Program-made: the position numbers and the translations under genes
Part shown: positions 44,474 to 53,999 of the stretch, in pieces
How the letters are laid out: each line of letters starts with the position of its first letter
Numbering within the stretch: position 1 is the first letter of the stretch
The notes under the pieces: generated by a model
Database searches by the model: none
What the model was told of the DNA's origin: nothing
What the model saw: the letters and a program-made list of their open reading frames with translations, nothing else
From: Treponemataceae bacterium
Lineage (GTDB): Bacteria; Spirochaetota; Spirochaetia; Treponematales; Rectinemataceae
Assembly (NCBI GenBank): GCA_963667725.2
Contig: CAXXHO010000003.1
Span: forward strand, 2,208,001-2,272,000
DNA length: 64,000 nt
Direction of reading: 5' to 3'

Positions 44474-44530
44474 CGTTGCCGGTTTCGAAAACCCTCCTGA
44501 AAATGAACAATCACGTTCAAGGAGGAATGC

Positions 44531-45520
44531 ATGAAACGTGCACTACTGTTAATCATGGTTCTGCTCTCGGCGGGAATCGTTCCGGCCATCGCTCAGGGAA
44601 AAGAAAAGCTGATGGTTTACACCTCGATGAAGGAAGTACTGATCGGCGAGCTCAGGGATGGCTTCGTCAAAAAGTATCCGAATATCCAATTCGACTACTA
44701 TTCAGCGGGTGCCGGCAAGATCATGGCCAAGATAGCGGCCGAGCGGCAGTCGGGAAAACTCGTGGTCGACGTTCTTTGGACCAGCGAGGTTCCCGATTTC
44801 TACGCCCTTAAAAAAGAAGGCGTTCTGCAGAAGTACAAATCGCCTGAGGCTCAGTACGTGGTGAGCCCCCTCATCGACCCGGATTACGAGTTCACCCCCG
44901 CCCGCCTCGGCACCTTGGGCGTGACCTACAATACCAACAAGATCAAGACGCCGCCCACCCAGTGGTCCGACCTCTTCGGTCCCGCGTGGAAGGACAGCTT
45001 CGCCATCGCCAATCCGGCCCTCTCCGGCACCGCCATGGTCTCCGTAGGCATGATTGCCGAAAACCTCGGTTGGGACTATTTCACCAAGCTGCGCGCCAAC
45101 GGCGGCAAGCTCGGACAGGGCTCTGGCCAGGTCGTCGATGACACCGCTGCCGGAGACCTTGTCGGCTGCATCGGCGTCGACTATATCACTATCGATAAGA
45201 TCAAGCTGGGCGCCCCGCTCGGCTTCGCATATCCCAAGGAAATGCTCGTTGTTCCGAGCCCGGTCGCCATTTTCAAAGGCACGAAGAACCTCTCCGCCGC
45301 CCAGAAATTCGTCGATTACCTCCTCTCCAAGGAAGGTCAGACGATAATCGCCGGCAACTATACCCTCCCCATCCGGAAAGACGTACCGATCGTCCAGGGC
45401 GTCGGCCTCGTGACGCCGGAAGAAGCGGTCAAGAGAGCCATGAAGATCGATTACCTCAAACTCATGGTTGAAAAGCAGGCCACTATCGACAAGTTCACCG
45501 CGACAATGCAGAAGAAATAG
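44531..45520 (+). CDS. ABC transporter solute-binding protein (Fe(III)/AfuA-like family)
   Basis: GGAGG RBS; signal peptide; VYTS, DVLW, ANPALSGT and AAQKFVDYLLSKEGQ motifs. Confidence 0.85.
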   Translation: MKRALLLIMVLLSAGIVPAIAQGKEKLMVYTSMKEVLIGELRDGFVKKYPNIQFDYYSAGAGKIMAKIAAERQSGKLVVDVLWTSEVPDFYALKKEGVLQKYKSPEAQYVVSPLIDPDYEFTPARLGTLGVTYNTNKIKTPPTQWSDLFGPAWKDSFAIANPALSGTAMVSVGMIAENLGWDYFTKLRANGGKLGQGSGQVVDDTAAGDLVGCIGVDYITIDKIKLGAPLGFAYPKEMLVVPSPVAIFKGTKNLSAAQKFVDYLLSKEGQTIIAGNYTLPIRKDVPIVQGVGLVTPEEAVKRAMKIDYLKLMVEKQATIDKFTATMQKK

Positions 45521-45658
45521 AGCGGGCGAGCAAGCGCGTCGGGCAGAAAATCCATCCACCCGGCGCGATCCCGCCTACAATCCGGGCAGGCGGCCCAAAC
45601 CGTAGCGCCGTCCCTCGCCTGGACGCGAATTCACCAAATTTTACAAGGAGACCTAAGC

Positions 45659-46765
45659 ATGGCTGATCTTCAGCTGTCGGGAGTATCGAAATCATACGGG
45701 ACGAGAAAAGTCCTCGACGGCCTCGATCTCACCATAAAATCGGGGGAGTGCTTTACTCTCCTTGGTCCTTCGGGATGCGGAAAAACTGTGATCTTGCGTC
45801 TCATCGCCGGATTCGAAACACCGGACGCCGGAACCGTCAGCATCGGGAGCAAGGTCGTGGCCGACGCGAAGCACGCTCTGCCGCCCGAGGAACGTCATAT
45901 TGGCGTCGTCTTCCAGGACTATGCCGTCTGGCCTCATAAAACCGTTCATGAAAACATCTCCTATCCTCTCGAAATCGCCAAAACATCCAAGGAAAAGACC
46001 GCCGAAGCCGTAAAGAAAGCGATCGACCAAGTAGGCCTCAAGGGCCTCGCCAACCGCTATCCCTACCAGCTTTCCGGCGGCCAGCAGCAGCGCGTAGCCC
46101 TCGCCCGCGCGCTCGTGACCGCACCCAGCGTCATGCTCCTCGACGAACCGCTGACGAATCTGGACGCGAATCTGCGCGAAGAGATGCGCTTCGAGATAAA
46201 AGAACTCCAGCGCAAGACGGGCACGACCATTTTCTATGTCACCCACGACCAGGAAGTCGCCCTCGCGATCTCCGACCGAATGGCGATCATGGACGAAGAG
46301 GGAAAAATCAGGCAGACGGGAACGCCTGACGAGGTCTACGAACAGCCGGTGAACGAATTCGTGCACCAATTCCTCGGTATCCCCAACTACATCCCCTTCG
46401 AGATTCGCGACGGCTCGGCCTTCATTTCGGCTGGCGGCCCAAAAGGCGCGGCCGACATTCGCATTCCAGCGGCGCCGCCGGCGGCGTTCCGTGATAAGGC
46501 GGGGAAAGCAGCCTGCAGACCGATGGATATTCGAATGGAGAAGAACGCTGAGGCCGCGGACACTCTCCCGGCTAAAGTCCTACGACTCTCTCTCCTGGGG
46601 CCTATCATCGACTACCTTGTCGAAGTGGGCGGCGTTCAGCTCCGCGCGCAGATGCAGACCGAGGAAGCCACGGCGCGCGACATGATCATCGCGGAAGGCG
46701 ATGCATGCGGCCTGCGATTCACCAACCTCATGTGGTTCGGCATCGATGGGGAGGCAGTACGATGA
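45659..46765 (+). CDS. ABC transporter ATP-binding protein (FbpC/PotA-like)
   Basis: GPSGCGKT, LSGGQQQR, LLDEP and YVTHDQ motifs. Confidence 0.92.
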   Translation: MADLQLSGVSKSYGTRKVLDGLDLTIKSGECFTLLGPSGCGKTVILRLIAGFETPDAGTVSIGSKVVADAKHALPPEERHIGVVFQDYAVWPHKTVHENISYPLEIAKTSKEKTAEAVKKAIDQVGLKGLANRYPYQLSGGQQQRVALARALVTAPSVMLLDEPLTNLDANLREEMRFEIKELQRKTGTTIFYVTHDQEVALAISDRMAIMDEEGKIRQTGTPDEVYEQPVNEFVHQFLGIPNYIPFEIRDGSAFISAGGPKGAADIRIPAAPPAAFRDKAGKAACRPMDIRMEKNAEAADTLPAKVLRLSLLGPIIDYLVEVGGVQLRAQMQTEEATARDMIIAEGDACGLRFTNLMWFGIDGEAVR

Positions 46766-48462
46766 ACAGCGGCAAGAAGATCAACACGGCGAACCTCGTC
46801 CTGATATTCTCGATTCTCGTCCTCGTCATAGTCGTGGCGGTGCCCGTCATACTCATCTTCATCACCGCCTTCTTCGAGAATGGCAAGTTCAACATCGCCG
46901 GCGTGATGAAAATCCTCTCTGATCCCGACACCTACCAGGCACTCCTCAACTCGGTGATTATCGCTGCCGGCGTAACCCTCGTCTCGACGACGATCGGCAC
47001 CTTTTTCGCCTGGCTCGTCGCCCGCACTGACCTGCCCTTCAAGAAAATCATGAAGGCGCTCTTCCTCGTTCCCTTCATGCTGCCATCCTTTATCGGCGCG
47101 CTCGCGTGGAAAGTCCTCCTCTCATCCCGGGCCGGCTACATCAACAAGCTCCTCATCGCCATGTTCGGCCTCGAAAAGGCGCCTATCGACATCATGAGTC
47201 TCGGCGGCATAATCGCCATCGAGAGCATGTACCTATTCCCCTTCGTCTTCCTCCAAGTGGCCGGAGCCCTCGAGCGAATGGACCCCACGCTGGAAGAATC
47301 CGCCCGCATTTCGGGCGCGGGCCTTGGCACGATCACCCGCAGGATCACCCTGCCCCTCGTCATGCCGAGCATCCTGGCAGGAGCCCTTCTCGTTGCCCTC
47401 TACTCCCTCTCGCATTTCGGCGTGCCCTCGATTTTGGGTACCGAGAAAGGCATCTATAACATCCCCACCAAGATCTACGAGCGGATCTACGCCTCGGGAG
47501 GCTCCTTCGGGGCGATCCGCGTAGGCACCATCCTGTCCATGATCCTCGTCATCGCGGCAGCCCTCATCCTCAAACTGCAGGACGTTCTCCTCAAAAAAGG
47601 ACAGTATCAGATCATCGCCGGCAAAAGCATGCGTCCCATGGTACTCAAGCTGCGCGGTCTCAAGATCCCCCTTCTCATCATCAGCGTCATCTATATCGCG
47701 ATAACGGTCATCCTTCCCACCGTCACGATCTTCATGGTCGGCGGCCTCAAGACCTACGGCCTACCCTTCGCCGCCAAGAGCATGACCTGGGACAATTACC
47801 TGAAAATCTTTCAGTGGAAGATGACGAGGGACGCCATCTGGAATTCGATTTACCTATCGCTCGGCGCGGCCTTCGTGACCATGCTGGCGGGGACAATGAT
47901 CTCTTATGTCATCGTCAAGATGAAGGTGCGAGGCAAATTTATGCTTCAGTTCCTCGGCGTGCTGCCCTTCTCCCTGCCCGGAACGGTCATAGCCCTGGGC
48001 GTGATCCTCACCTGGAGCGGCAGGTTCGGCGTGAACCTCTACAACACGCCCTGGATCATCTTCGTGGCATACATTGCCCGGTATATGGCCTTCTCCATCA
48101 AATCGAATTCGGCATCGCTTTCGCAGGTCTCGGATTCGCTCGAAGAGGCGAGCCGCGCCTGCGGAGCGACACACTGGCAGAGTCTCAAGGATATCGTCAT
48201 CCCCTTAATAAAGCCGGGCATGATCAGCGCCTTCTTCCTCATCTTCCTGCCCGCTCTCCGCGAGCTGACGACATCGGTGCTTCTGTATGGACCGACGACA
48301 AGGACGATAGGCGTCGCCATCTACGCCCTCAACGAGGACGGCGAGACGGTGCGCGCGGCAGCCCTGGCCAGCGTCGCCCTTCTCATCATATTCATGGGCG
48401 AGGCTATCATACGCAAATTTTTGGCCCAGCTGGACAAGCCCAGGGCGAAGGTGGAGGAATAA
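46762..48462 (+). CDS. ABC transporter fused double permease (FbpB-like)
   Basis: Two EAA loops (LEESARISGA, LEEASRACGA); about 12 TM segments. Confidence 0.9.
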   Translation: MNSGKKINTANLVLIFSILVLVIVVAVPVILIFITAFFENGKFNIAGVMKILSDPDTYQALLNSVIIAAGVTLVSTTIGTFFAWLVARTDLPFKKIMKALFLVPFMLPSFIGALAWKVLLSSRAGYINKLLIAMFGLEKAPIDIMSLGGIIAIESMYLFPFVFLQVAGALERMDPTLEESARISGAGLGTITRRITLPLVMPSILAGALLVALYSLSHFGVPSILGTEKGIYNIPTKIYERIYASGGSFGAIRVGTILSMILVIAAALILKLQDVLLKKGQYQIIAGKSMRPMVLKLRGLKIPLLIISVIYIAITVILPTVTIFMVGGLKTYGLPFAAKSMTWDNYLKIFQWKMTRDAIWNSIYLSLGAAFVTMLAGTMISYVIVKMKVRGKFMLQFLGVLPFSLPGTVIALGVILTWSGRFGVNLYNTPWIIFVAYIARYMAFSIKSNSASLSQVSDSLEEASRACGATHWQSLKDIVIPLIKPGMISAFFLIFLPALRELTTSVLLYGPTTRTIGVAIYALNEDGETVRAAALASVALLIIFMGEAIIRKFLAQLDKPRAKVEE

Positions 48463-48466
48463 GGCG

Positions 48467-49558
48467 ATGGTGCAGCTAAAACTCGTAGACGTTACCAAGC
48501 GCTTCGGCGAAGTCATCGCGGTGAACAGGCTCAATCTCGAGGTGGAGAAGGGCGAATGCTTCTCCTTTCTCGGTCCTTCCGGATGCGGCAAGACGACGAC
48601 ACTCCGCATGATCGCCGGGTTCGAGGACCTGGACGAGGGGGAACTCTCCGTCGACGGAAAGGTTTTTTCGTCCAGCTTCAAGAAATACTATCTCCCTCCC
48701 GAGCAGAGGGATTTCGGCATGGTCTTCCAGGCATTCGCCGTCTGGCCTCATCTGACGGTACGCGACAACGTGGCCTTCCCGCTGCAGATCCGCAGGCGGC
48801 CCAAGCAGGAAATCGCCGAGCGTGTAAAGATGGCGCTGCAGAGCACCGGCCTTACGCATCGTGAGGCGAGCTATCCGGGCAAGCTCTCGGGCGGAGAGCA
48901 GCAGCGGATAGCGCTCGCACGAGCCATCGCCATCAATCCGAAGGTGATGCTTCTCGACGAGCCACTGTCGAACCTCGACGCCAAGCTTCGCGAGGAAATG
49001 CGCTTCGAAATAAAGGACCTGCAGAAAAAATTCGGCTTCACCATCATCTACGTGACCCATGATCAGGCGGAGGCGATGGCGCTATCGGACCGCATGCTCG
49101 TCATGGATCACGGCATAGTGCAGCAAATCGGGAAGCCGCTCGACATATACAACAAACCCGCGAACAAATTCGTGTTCTCGTTCATCGGACTGTCGAATTT
49201 CATACCGGTGGATATCGCGAGCGGCAAGGCTAGCGTAGCGGGCGCTGAGGGCGCCCTGAGCCATAGGGCTCCCGCGGAATTCGGAAACAGGGCTTTGATG
49301 GCATGCAGACCCTCGGACATCGACTTTGTGGGACATGGGGCCATGGATTCCGGCAATGTTGATAATATCGGCGCGGGCGACGCGACGACGGAGGCCCTGG
49401 TGGCGAGACGAACCTACCTGGGCGACATCATCGACTACAAGCTCGCGGTCGGCAACATCGAACTGCGGGTGCAGAAACCCCGCCATGAGAAGGGACCGGC
49501 CGAGGGCGCGCGCTGCAGGATTCGCATCAACAGGACTCTCTGGTATCCTGCCGTTTAG
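48467..49558 (+). CDS. Second ABC transporter ATP-binding protein
   Basis: GPSGCGKTT, LSGGEQQR, LLDEP and YVTHDQ motifs. Confidence 0.92.
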   Translation: MVQLKLVDVTKRFGEVIAVNRLNLEVEKGECFSFLGPSGCGKTTTLRMIAGFEDLDEGELSVDGKVFSSSFKKYYLPPEQRDFGMVFQAFAVWPHLTVRDNVAFPLQIRRRPKQEIAERVKMALQSTGLTHREASYPGKLSGGEQQRIALARAIAINPKVMLLDEPLSNLDAKLREEMRFEIKDLQKKFGFTIIYVTHDQAEAMALSDRMLVMDHGIVQQIGKPLDIYNKPANKFVFSFIGLSNFIPVDIASGKASVAGAEGALSHRAPAEFGNRALMACRPSDIDFVGHGAMDSGNVDNIGAGDATTEALVARRTYLGDIIDYKLAVGNIELRVQKPRHEKGPAEGARCRIRINRTLWYPAV

Positions 49559-49632
49559 GGCAGATAGAAAGTCAGGAGAGGGCGGAGACGGAGAGCTTTT
49601 TTTCTCTTGCGCTGGCGCCGAGGCTGGCGTCA

Positions 49633-49672
49633 CGCCTCAGTATTTTCGGCGGCGAAGGGCACCCAGCCGCCG
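49633..49672 (-). repeat. Relic duplicate of the leuD 3' end
   Basis: CGCCTCAGTA...GGCGGCGAAGGGCACCCAGCCGCCG matches 50004-50044 (25 bp perfect plus a 10 bp block containing the stop codon). Confidence 0.85.
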
Positions 49673-49676
49673 ACTT

Positions 49677-49877
49677 CTATTTCTTCTTCGTGCTGAATTT
49701 AAAGGGAATATAAAGCGGGCAGGTCCCGATGGCGCTCGTGGCGAGGAATACCAGCGCCAGTATTCCCAGGATGACGGCCGCGGTTCCGACAAGATTCCCG
49801 GTTATGATCAGGACGCCCACGACAAGCGCCAATACGAGCCTGATCACTTTATCCACCTTTCCCATATTCTTAATCAT
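49677..49877 (-). CDS. DUF2892 (YgaP-like) small membrane protein
   Basis: KNMGKVDKVIRL...TSAIGTCPLYIPFKFST; GGAGG RBS. Confidence 0.88.
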   Translation of the reverse strand: MIKNMGKVDKVIRLVLALVVGVLIITGNLVGTAAVILGILALVFLATSAIGTCPLYIPFKFSTKKK

Positions 49878-50007
49878 GATAGCCTCCAGAAAACTAATCC
49901 TGATCAGAACATAACGACAGGCTCAAGATAAGTCAAAAACCTAACCCTCGGAGTATTGCGGCCTCTAGGCCTCGCGACCTTGTCGCCGAAGTGTAGATTG
50001 CCGCGCC

Positions 50008-50535
50008 TCAGTACTTATGGGCGGCGAAGGGCACCCAGCCGCCGGCCTTGACCATCGCTATCTCGAAGTCCCCCAGGACGAAGGGTACGGTCAGCTTCTC
50101 CCCGGATGAGGAGGAAAAACTCATCGTTCGGTCTTCGATGTCGAAGGACATTTCAGTGGGCTGGCCCGCGAAGCGCTCGAAAAGCGAGTTGATGCTGGCG
50201 GCCGGCAATTCGACGGCCACCATCCCGCAGTTGAACATGTTCCGCCGATAGATGCGGGCGAAACTTTCCGCGATCACCACGTTGATGCCGTTGGCCTCGA
50301 GAGCCCAGGGCGCGTGCTCGCGCGAGCTGCCACAGCCGAAGTTAGCCCTCGAGACGATAGCGCCCTTGCCCGGAATGTCGCGGAGCCTGTCGAAGCCCGG
50401 CAGCGCCAGGTCCTCGAAACAATACGGCCCCAGAGCCTCCCTGGAATCTTCGTTCAGATATCGGGCCGGGATAATCTCGTCGGTGTTTATGTCGTTCCTG
50501 TCGAGGAAAAGTACCGTGCCGCCCAACTGTTTCAT
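50008..50535 (-). CDS. leuD: 3-isopropylmalate dehydratase small subunit
   Basis: DINTDEIIPA, NFGCGSSREHAPWAL and AESFARIY motifs. Confidence 0.9.
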   Translation of the reverse strand: MKQLGGTVLFLDRNDINTDEIIPARYLNEDSREALGPYCFEDLALPGFDRLRDIPGKGAIVSRANFGCGSSREHAPWALEANGINVVIAESFARIYRRNMFNCGMVAVELPAASINSLFERFAGQPTEMSFDIEDRTMSFSSSSGEKLTVPFVLGDFEIAMVKAGGWVPFAAHKY

Positions 50536-50601
50536 GGTGAAAATCCTCCCTATAAGCTTGTGTGAAAGGCCGAGGCGCCGGCGCGCGGCGCCTGGGCAGC
50601 C

Positions 50602-51888
50602 TTACTGCGCCGAGGCTATGTGCCCCGCGACGGCGGTGGCCGCGGCCGTGGCCGGGCTCATAAGATGAATCATGCCGCCCTTGCCCATCCGCCCGTTGAA
50701 ATTACGGTTCGTGGTCGAGGCGCAGACTTCTCCCGATGCCAAGACGCCGTTGGACATGCCGAGACAGGCGCCGCAGGTCGGATTCGTCACGCAGAACCCC
50801 GCCTCCAGAAAGATTTCGATGATGCCTTCCTTCAAGGCCTGCGCGTACACGGCCGGGGTCGCGGGAGAGACGATCCCCCTGACTTCGCGCGCGATCTTCC
50901 GGCCTTTGAGCACTTTAGCCGCCGCGCGGAGATCCTCGATCCTGCCGTTCGTGCAGGATCCGATATAGACCTGGTCCACCTTCACCGCCGACATATTTCT
51001 GGCCAGGGCCACCTGATCGGGCTTGAAGCCTGTCGTGACGAGGGGCTCGATGTAGGAGCAGTCTATATCCATGATGGAAGCGTAAACCGCGTCCTCGTCG
51101 CTGCGCCATTGGGCGTAGTCGGCGAGCGCTTCCTGTTCAGTATCGTAGAGTTTTTCGCCCTCGGGGCCGATGAAAGGCCAGAGGTACGCCACCGTTTTCG
51201 CGTCGGGCATGCAGACGCCGCTCGTGCCGCCGGCTTCGACGGCCATGTTGCAGAGCGTCATGCGGCCTTCCATGGACATTGCGTCGACGATGGGTCCGCG
51301 GAATTCGATCACCCTATCGGTGGCGCCGGCCACGCCCAGCCGGGAGATCGCGTAGAGGATGACGTCCTTGGCGCAGACGCCGAGCTTCAGCGTTCCGTTC
51401 AGGTTCAGCCTGAGGGTTTCGGGTTTCCTGAAGGCGCAGACGCCTCGCAGAACGGCGATTTCGAGGTCAGTGGTCCCGACGCCCGCTGCGAAAGCCCCGA
51501 AGGCGCCATGCGTGCAAGTGTGGCTGTCGCCCATGACGAGGGCGTAGCCCGGCCTCACGTAGCCCTTTTCGGGGAAAAGCGCGTGACAGACGCCGTTTCT
51601 CCCGATGTCGAAAAAGTCCGCAACCCCATGTCTGCGCGCCCAGGAGCGGAGCGTCTTGCCCTGCTCGGCGGTCTTGGAATCCTTGGCGGGCGAGACATGA
51701 TCGATGACAACCTTGATCCGGTTGGCGTCGTACACCCTGTCCATGCCCTTTTTAACCAGATCGTCGATGGCGATCGGCGTCGTGATCTCATGGCAGAAAA
51801 CCGTGTCCAGCCTGAGCACCCAGGTATCGGCGAAGGGCATATCGACGAGGTGAGTCTCGAAGATCTTCTCGGAGAGCGTCTTTCCCAT
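50602..51888 (-). CDS. leuC: 3-isopropylmalate dehydratase large subunit
   Basis: DSHTCTHGAFG, IGSCTNGR, CGACLG and STTNRNFNGRMG motifs. Confidence 0.9.
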   Translation of the reverse strand: MGKTLSEKIFETHLVDMPFADTWVLRLDTVFCHEITTPIAIDDLVKKGMDRVYDANRIKVVIDHVSPAKDSKTAEQGKTLRSWARRHGVADFFDIGRNGVCHALFPEKGYVRPGYALVMGDSHTCTHGAFGAFAAGVGTTDLEIAVLRGVCAFRKPETLRLNLNGTLKLGVCAKDVILYAISRLGVAGATDRVIEFRGPIVDAMSMEGRMTLCNMAVEAGGTSGVCMPDAKTVAYLWPFIGPEGEKLYDTEQEALADYAQWRSDEDAVYASIMDIDCSYIEPLVTTGFKPDQVALARNMSAVKVDQVYIGSCTNGRIEDLRAAAKVLKGRKIAREVRGIVSPATPAVYAQALKEGIIEIFLEAGFCVTNPTCGACLGMSNGVLASGEVCASTTNRNFNGRMGKGGMIHLMSPATAAATAVAGHIASAQ

Positions 51889-51890
51889 AA

Positions 51891-52469
51891 TCAGCTCCTC
51901 TTGGATATTTCGTTCTTGGGCGGGGTTATAACCCAGAAAACGCGAAGCGGCTTCTGGCTCGTGTTGCGGAGAATGTGGGGAAAATCGGAGGCAAAACCCG
52001 CTGAATCGCCCTTCTCGAGGCTGTAGGTTTCTTTTCCGATGACGAGTTCGGCGCGGCCTTCCACGACGAGGCCGAGCTCCGAGCCCTTATGGCCGTATTC
52101 GTCGCTGCCGGTCTGCGCGCCCGGTTCCAGGCTGATCTCGTAGGCTTCTATGCCGTCGATGCCCGGCATTATGCCATCGAGCTGGGCCAGCCGCTCATAG
52201 AGGATGCCCGGCTTGGCGAGGGTCGATCGGTCGGCCGCTTTGACGATCTGCACCGATCTTTCGCGCCTATAGTCGGAGAAGAGGTATTCGAGGTCGATAT
52301 CCAGGGCGTCGGCGAGGGCCAACAGGGTGTCTATGGCGGGGGAAACTCGATTGCGTTCGATCTGTGAGACCATGCTTTCGCTGATCCCGGCCTTTTCCGC
52401 CACTTCCTTGAGCGTGAGACCGCGCCGGTCCCGCACGTTTCGGATTTTTTCGCCGAATTTATACTTCAT
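51891..52469 (-). CDS. XRE-family HTH regulator with cupin domain
   Basis: GEKIRNVR...LTLKEVAEKAGISESMVSQIER; cupin H-x-G-x-E motif and PH. Confidence 0.9.
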   Translation of the reverse strand: MKYKFGEKIRNVRDRRGLTLKEVAEKAGISESMVSQIERNRVSPAIDTLLALADALDIDLEYLFSDYRRERSVQIVKAADRSTLAKPGILYERLAQLDGIMPGIDGIEAYEISLEPGAQTGSDEYGHKGSELGLVVEGRAELVIGKETYSLEKGDSAGFASDFPHILRNTSQKPLRVFWVITPPKNEISKRS

Positions 52470-52486
52470 GGCCACCTTCTTAAGTA

Positions 52487-52531
52487 TAACTTAAGTTACT
52501 GAACTATATATTCAGCCAAGAAGGTTGTCAA
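52487..52531 (-). promoter_or_regulatory. Sigma70 promoter with overlapping palindromic operators
   Basis: Minus strand TTGACA-N17-TATAGT; CTGAA-N7-TTCAG (52499-52515) spans the -10; TAACTTAAGTTA (52487-52498) lies just downstream. Confidence 0.7.
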
Positions 52532-52596
52532 TGTCAACACGGCGGATGCGCGTAGCTGGGCGCGGCTACCGGGGGAGCGGCGCCGCCGCCCGGGCC

Positions 52597-53130
52597 TCAG
52601 CGCTCTATCCCGTCTCTCGCCTCGACGCCCGCGGCGTAGTAGTGGCGGACCTCCTTCATTTCGGTGACGAGGTCGGCGCGAGAGAGGAGGTACTCGGGAG
52701 CATAGCGGCCGGTCAGCACCAGCTCGACGTTCTCGGGGCGGGCTTCGAGAAGCGAGGCGAAATCCTCATCGGTGACGAAGCCGAAACGCGAAGCCACGTT
52801 GATCTCGTCCAGGATGACGAGGTCGAATTTTCCGGAACGCATCGCCGCCGTGGCTTTTTCGAGTCCTTCGCGGGCAGCCGCCAGGTCCTCAGGCTGGGGT
52901 TCGCGGAAGATGAAACAGCCCCGCCCGTACTGTTCGACGACGAGCCTTCCCGCGCCCATAAGCGCGGAGAGCTTTTCGAGCGTGAGGATTTCCGAGTATT
53001 TCATTCCCTTGATGAACTGGCCGATGTAGACGGAGAGCCCGGCGCCGAGGGCGCGCATGCAGAGCCCAAGGGCGGCTGTCGTCTTGCCTTTGCCGTTTCC
53101 CGTGTATACCTGGACATAGCCGCGCTTCAT
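52597..53130 (-). CDS. cobO: Cob(I)yrinic acid a,c-diamide adenosyltransferase
   Basis: VQVYTGNGKGKTTAALG, QFIKG, ILDEI and LTGRYAP...ADLVTEM motifs. Confidence 0.93.
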   Translation of the reverse strand: MKRGYVQVYTGNGKGKTTAALGLCMRALGAGLSVYIGQFIKGMKYSEILTLEKLSALMGAGRLVVEQYGRGCFIFREPQPEDLAAAREGLEKATAAMRSGKFDLVILDEINVASRFGFVTDEDFASLLEARPENVELVLTGRYAPEYLLSRADLVTEMKEVRHYYAAGVEARDGIER

Positions 53131-53999
53131 CTGCCTTCTCCTTGGGAGCCCGCGTCACGGGGCATGGGGGGCCGCGGCGCGTGCAGCCACGGCGGATCGA
53201 GGATGATATGGGGCACCGCGACGGTGGGGTGGTTTTTCACGATCACCCTGGCGCCGTAGGCTTTTTCGATGATTTCGGGCGTCAGGACGAGTTCGGGGCT
53301 GCCGAGGGCCGCCACCCTTCCCTCCACTAGAAGAAGTATTTCATCGGCGGCCATGGCCGCCTGGTTGAGGTCGTGGACTGAAAAAGCCACCGCTTTTCCG
53401 GAACGGGCCAGATCCCGCATGATATCCAAAGTTTCCATCTGATGGGCCATGTCGAGGTCGGCCGTGGGTTCGTCCAAGAGGAGGACGTCGGGATCCTGCA
53501 CAAGAGCCCTGGCGATCACAACCCTCCTGAATTCCCCGCCCGACAGCTCGGTCACGAGGCGGGAGCCGAGATCGCCGATGCCCAGGCGCTCCAGGCTTCG
53601 CCGCACCATAGCCTTCCTTCCGCCCGAATCGCGCCCGAACCAGCCTTCCCTGGCGAAGAGTCCCGCTTCGACGTAGGAATCCACGGGAACGGCCCAAGCC
53701 GGCTGTTCGTTCTGCAGGACCCGCGCCACATGGAGCGCCCTTCTGCGCGACGACAATCGGTGGATTTCGACGCGGGTAGCCAAATGCTTTCCTTCCATGA
53801 AAAGCCTTACTTTTCCGATGGAAACCGGCAACTCGCCCGAAAGGGCCTTGAAGAGAGTGGTCTTGCCGGCGCCGTTCGGGCCGATGACGGCGAGGATCTT
53901 CCCCCGGTCAAGGTGGATGGAGATATCGTGGAGGATGAAGGATTTGGGCCGATAGCCGACGGTCAGTCCTTCGGCGGTGAGGATGGGGGTCTCTATCAT
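53127..53999 (-). CDS. btuD: Cobalamin/Fe-siderophore ABC transporter ATPase
   Basis: GPNGAGKTT, LSGGE, LLLDEPT and HDLN motifs; in a B12-riboswitch operon. Confidence 0.82.
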   Translation of the reverse strand: MIETPILTAEGLTVGYRPKSFILHDISIHLDRGKILAVIGPNGAGKTTLFKALSGELPVSIGKVRLFMEGKHLATRVEIHRLSSRRRALHVARVLQNEQPAWAVPVDSYVEAGLFAREGWFGRDSGGRKAMVRRSLERLGIGDLGSRLVTELSGGEFRRVVIARALVQDPDVLLLDEPTADLDMAHQMETLDIMRDLARSGKAVAFSVHDLNQAAMAADEILLLVEGRVAALGSPELVLTPEIIEKAYGARVIVKNHPTVAVPHIILDPPWLHAPRPPMPRDAGSQGEGR

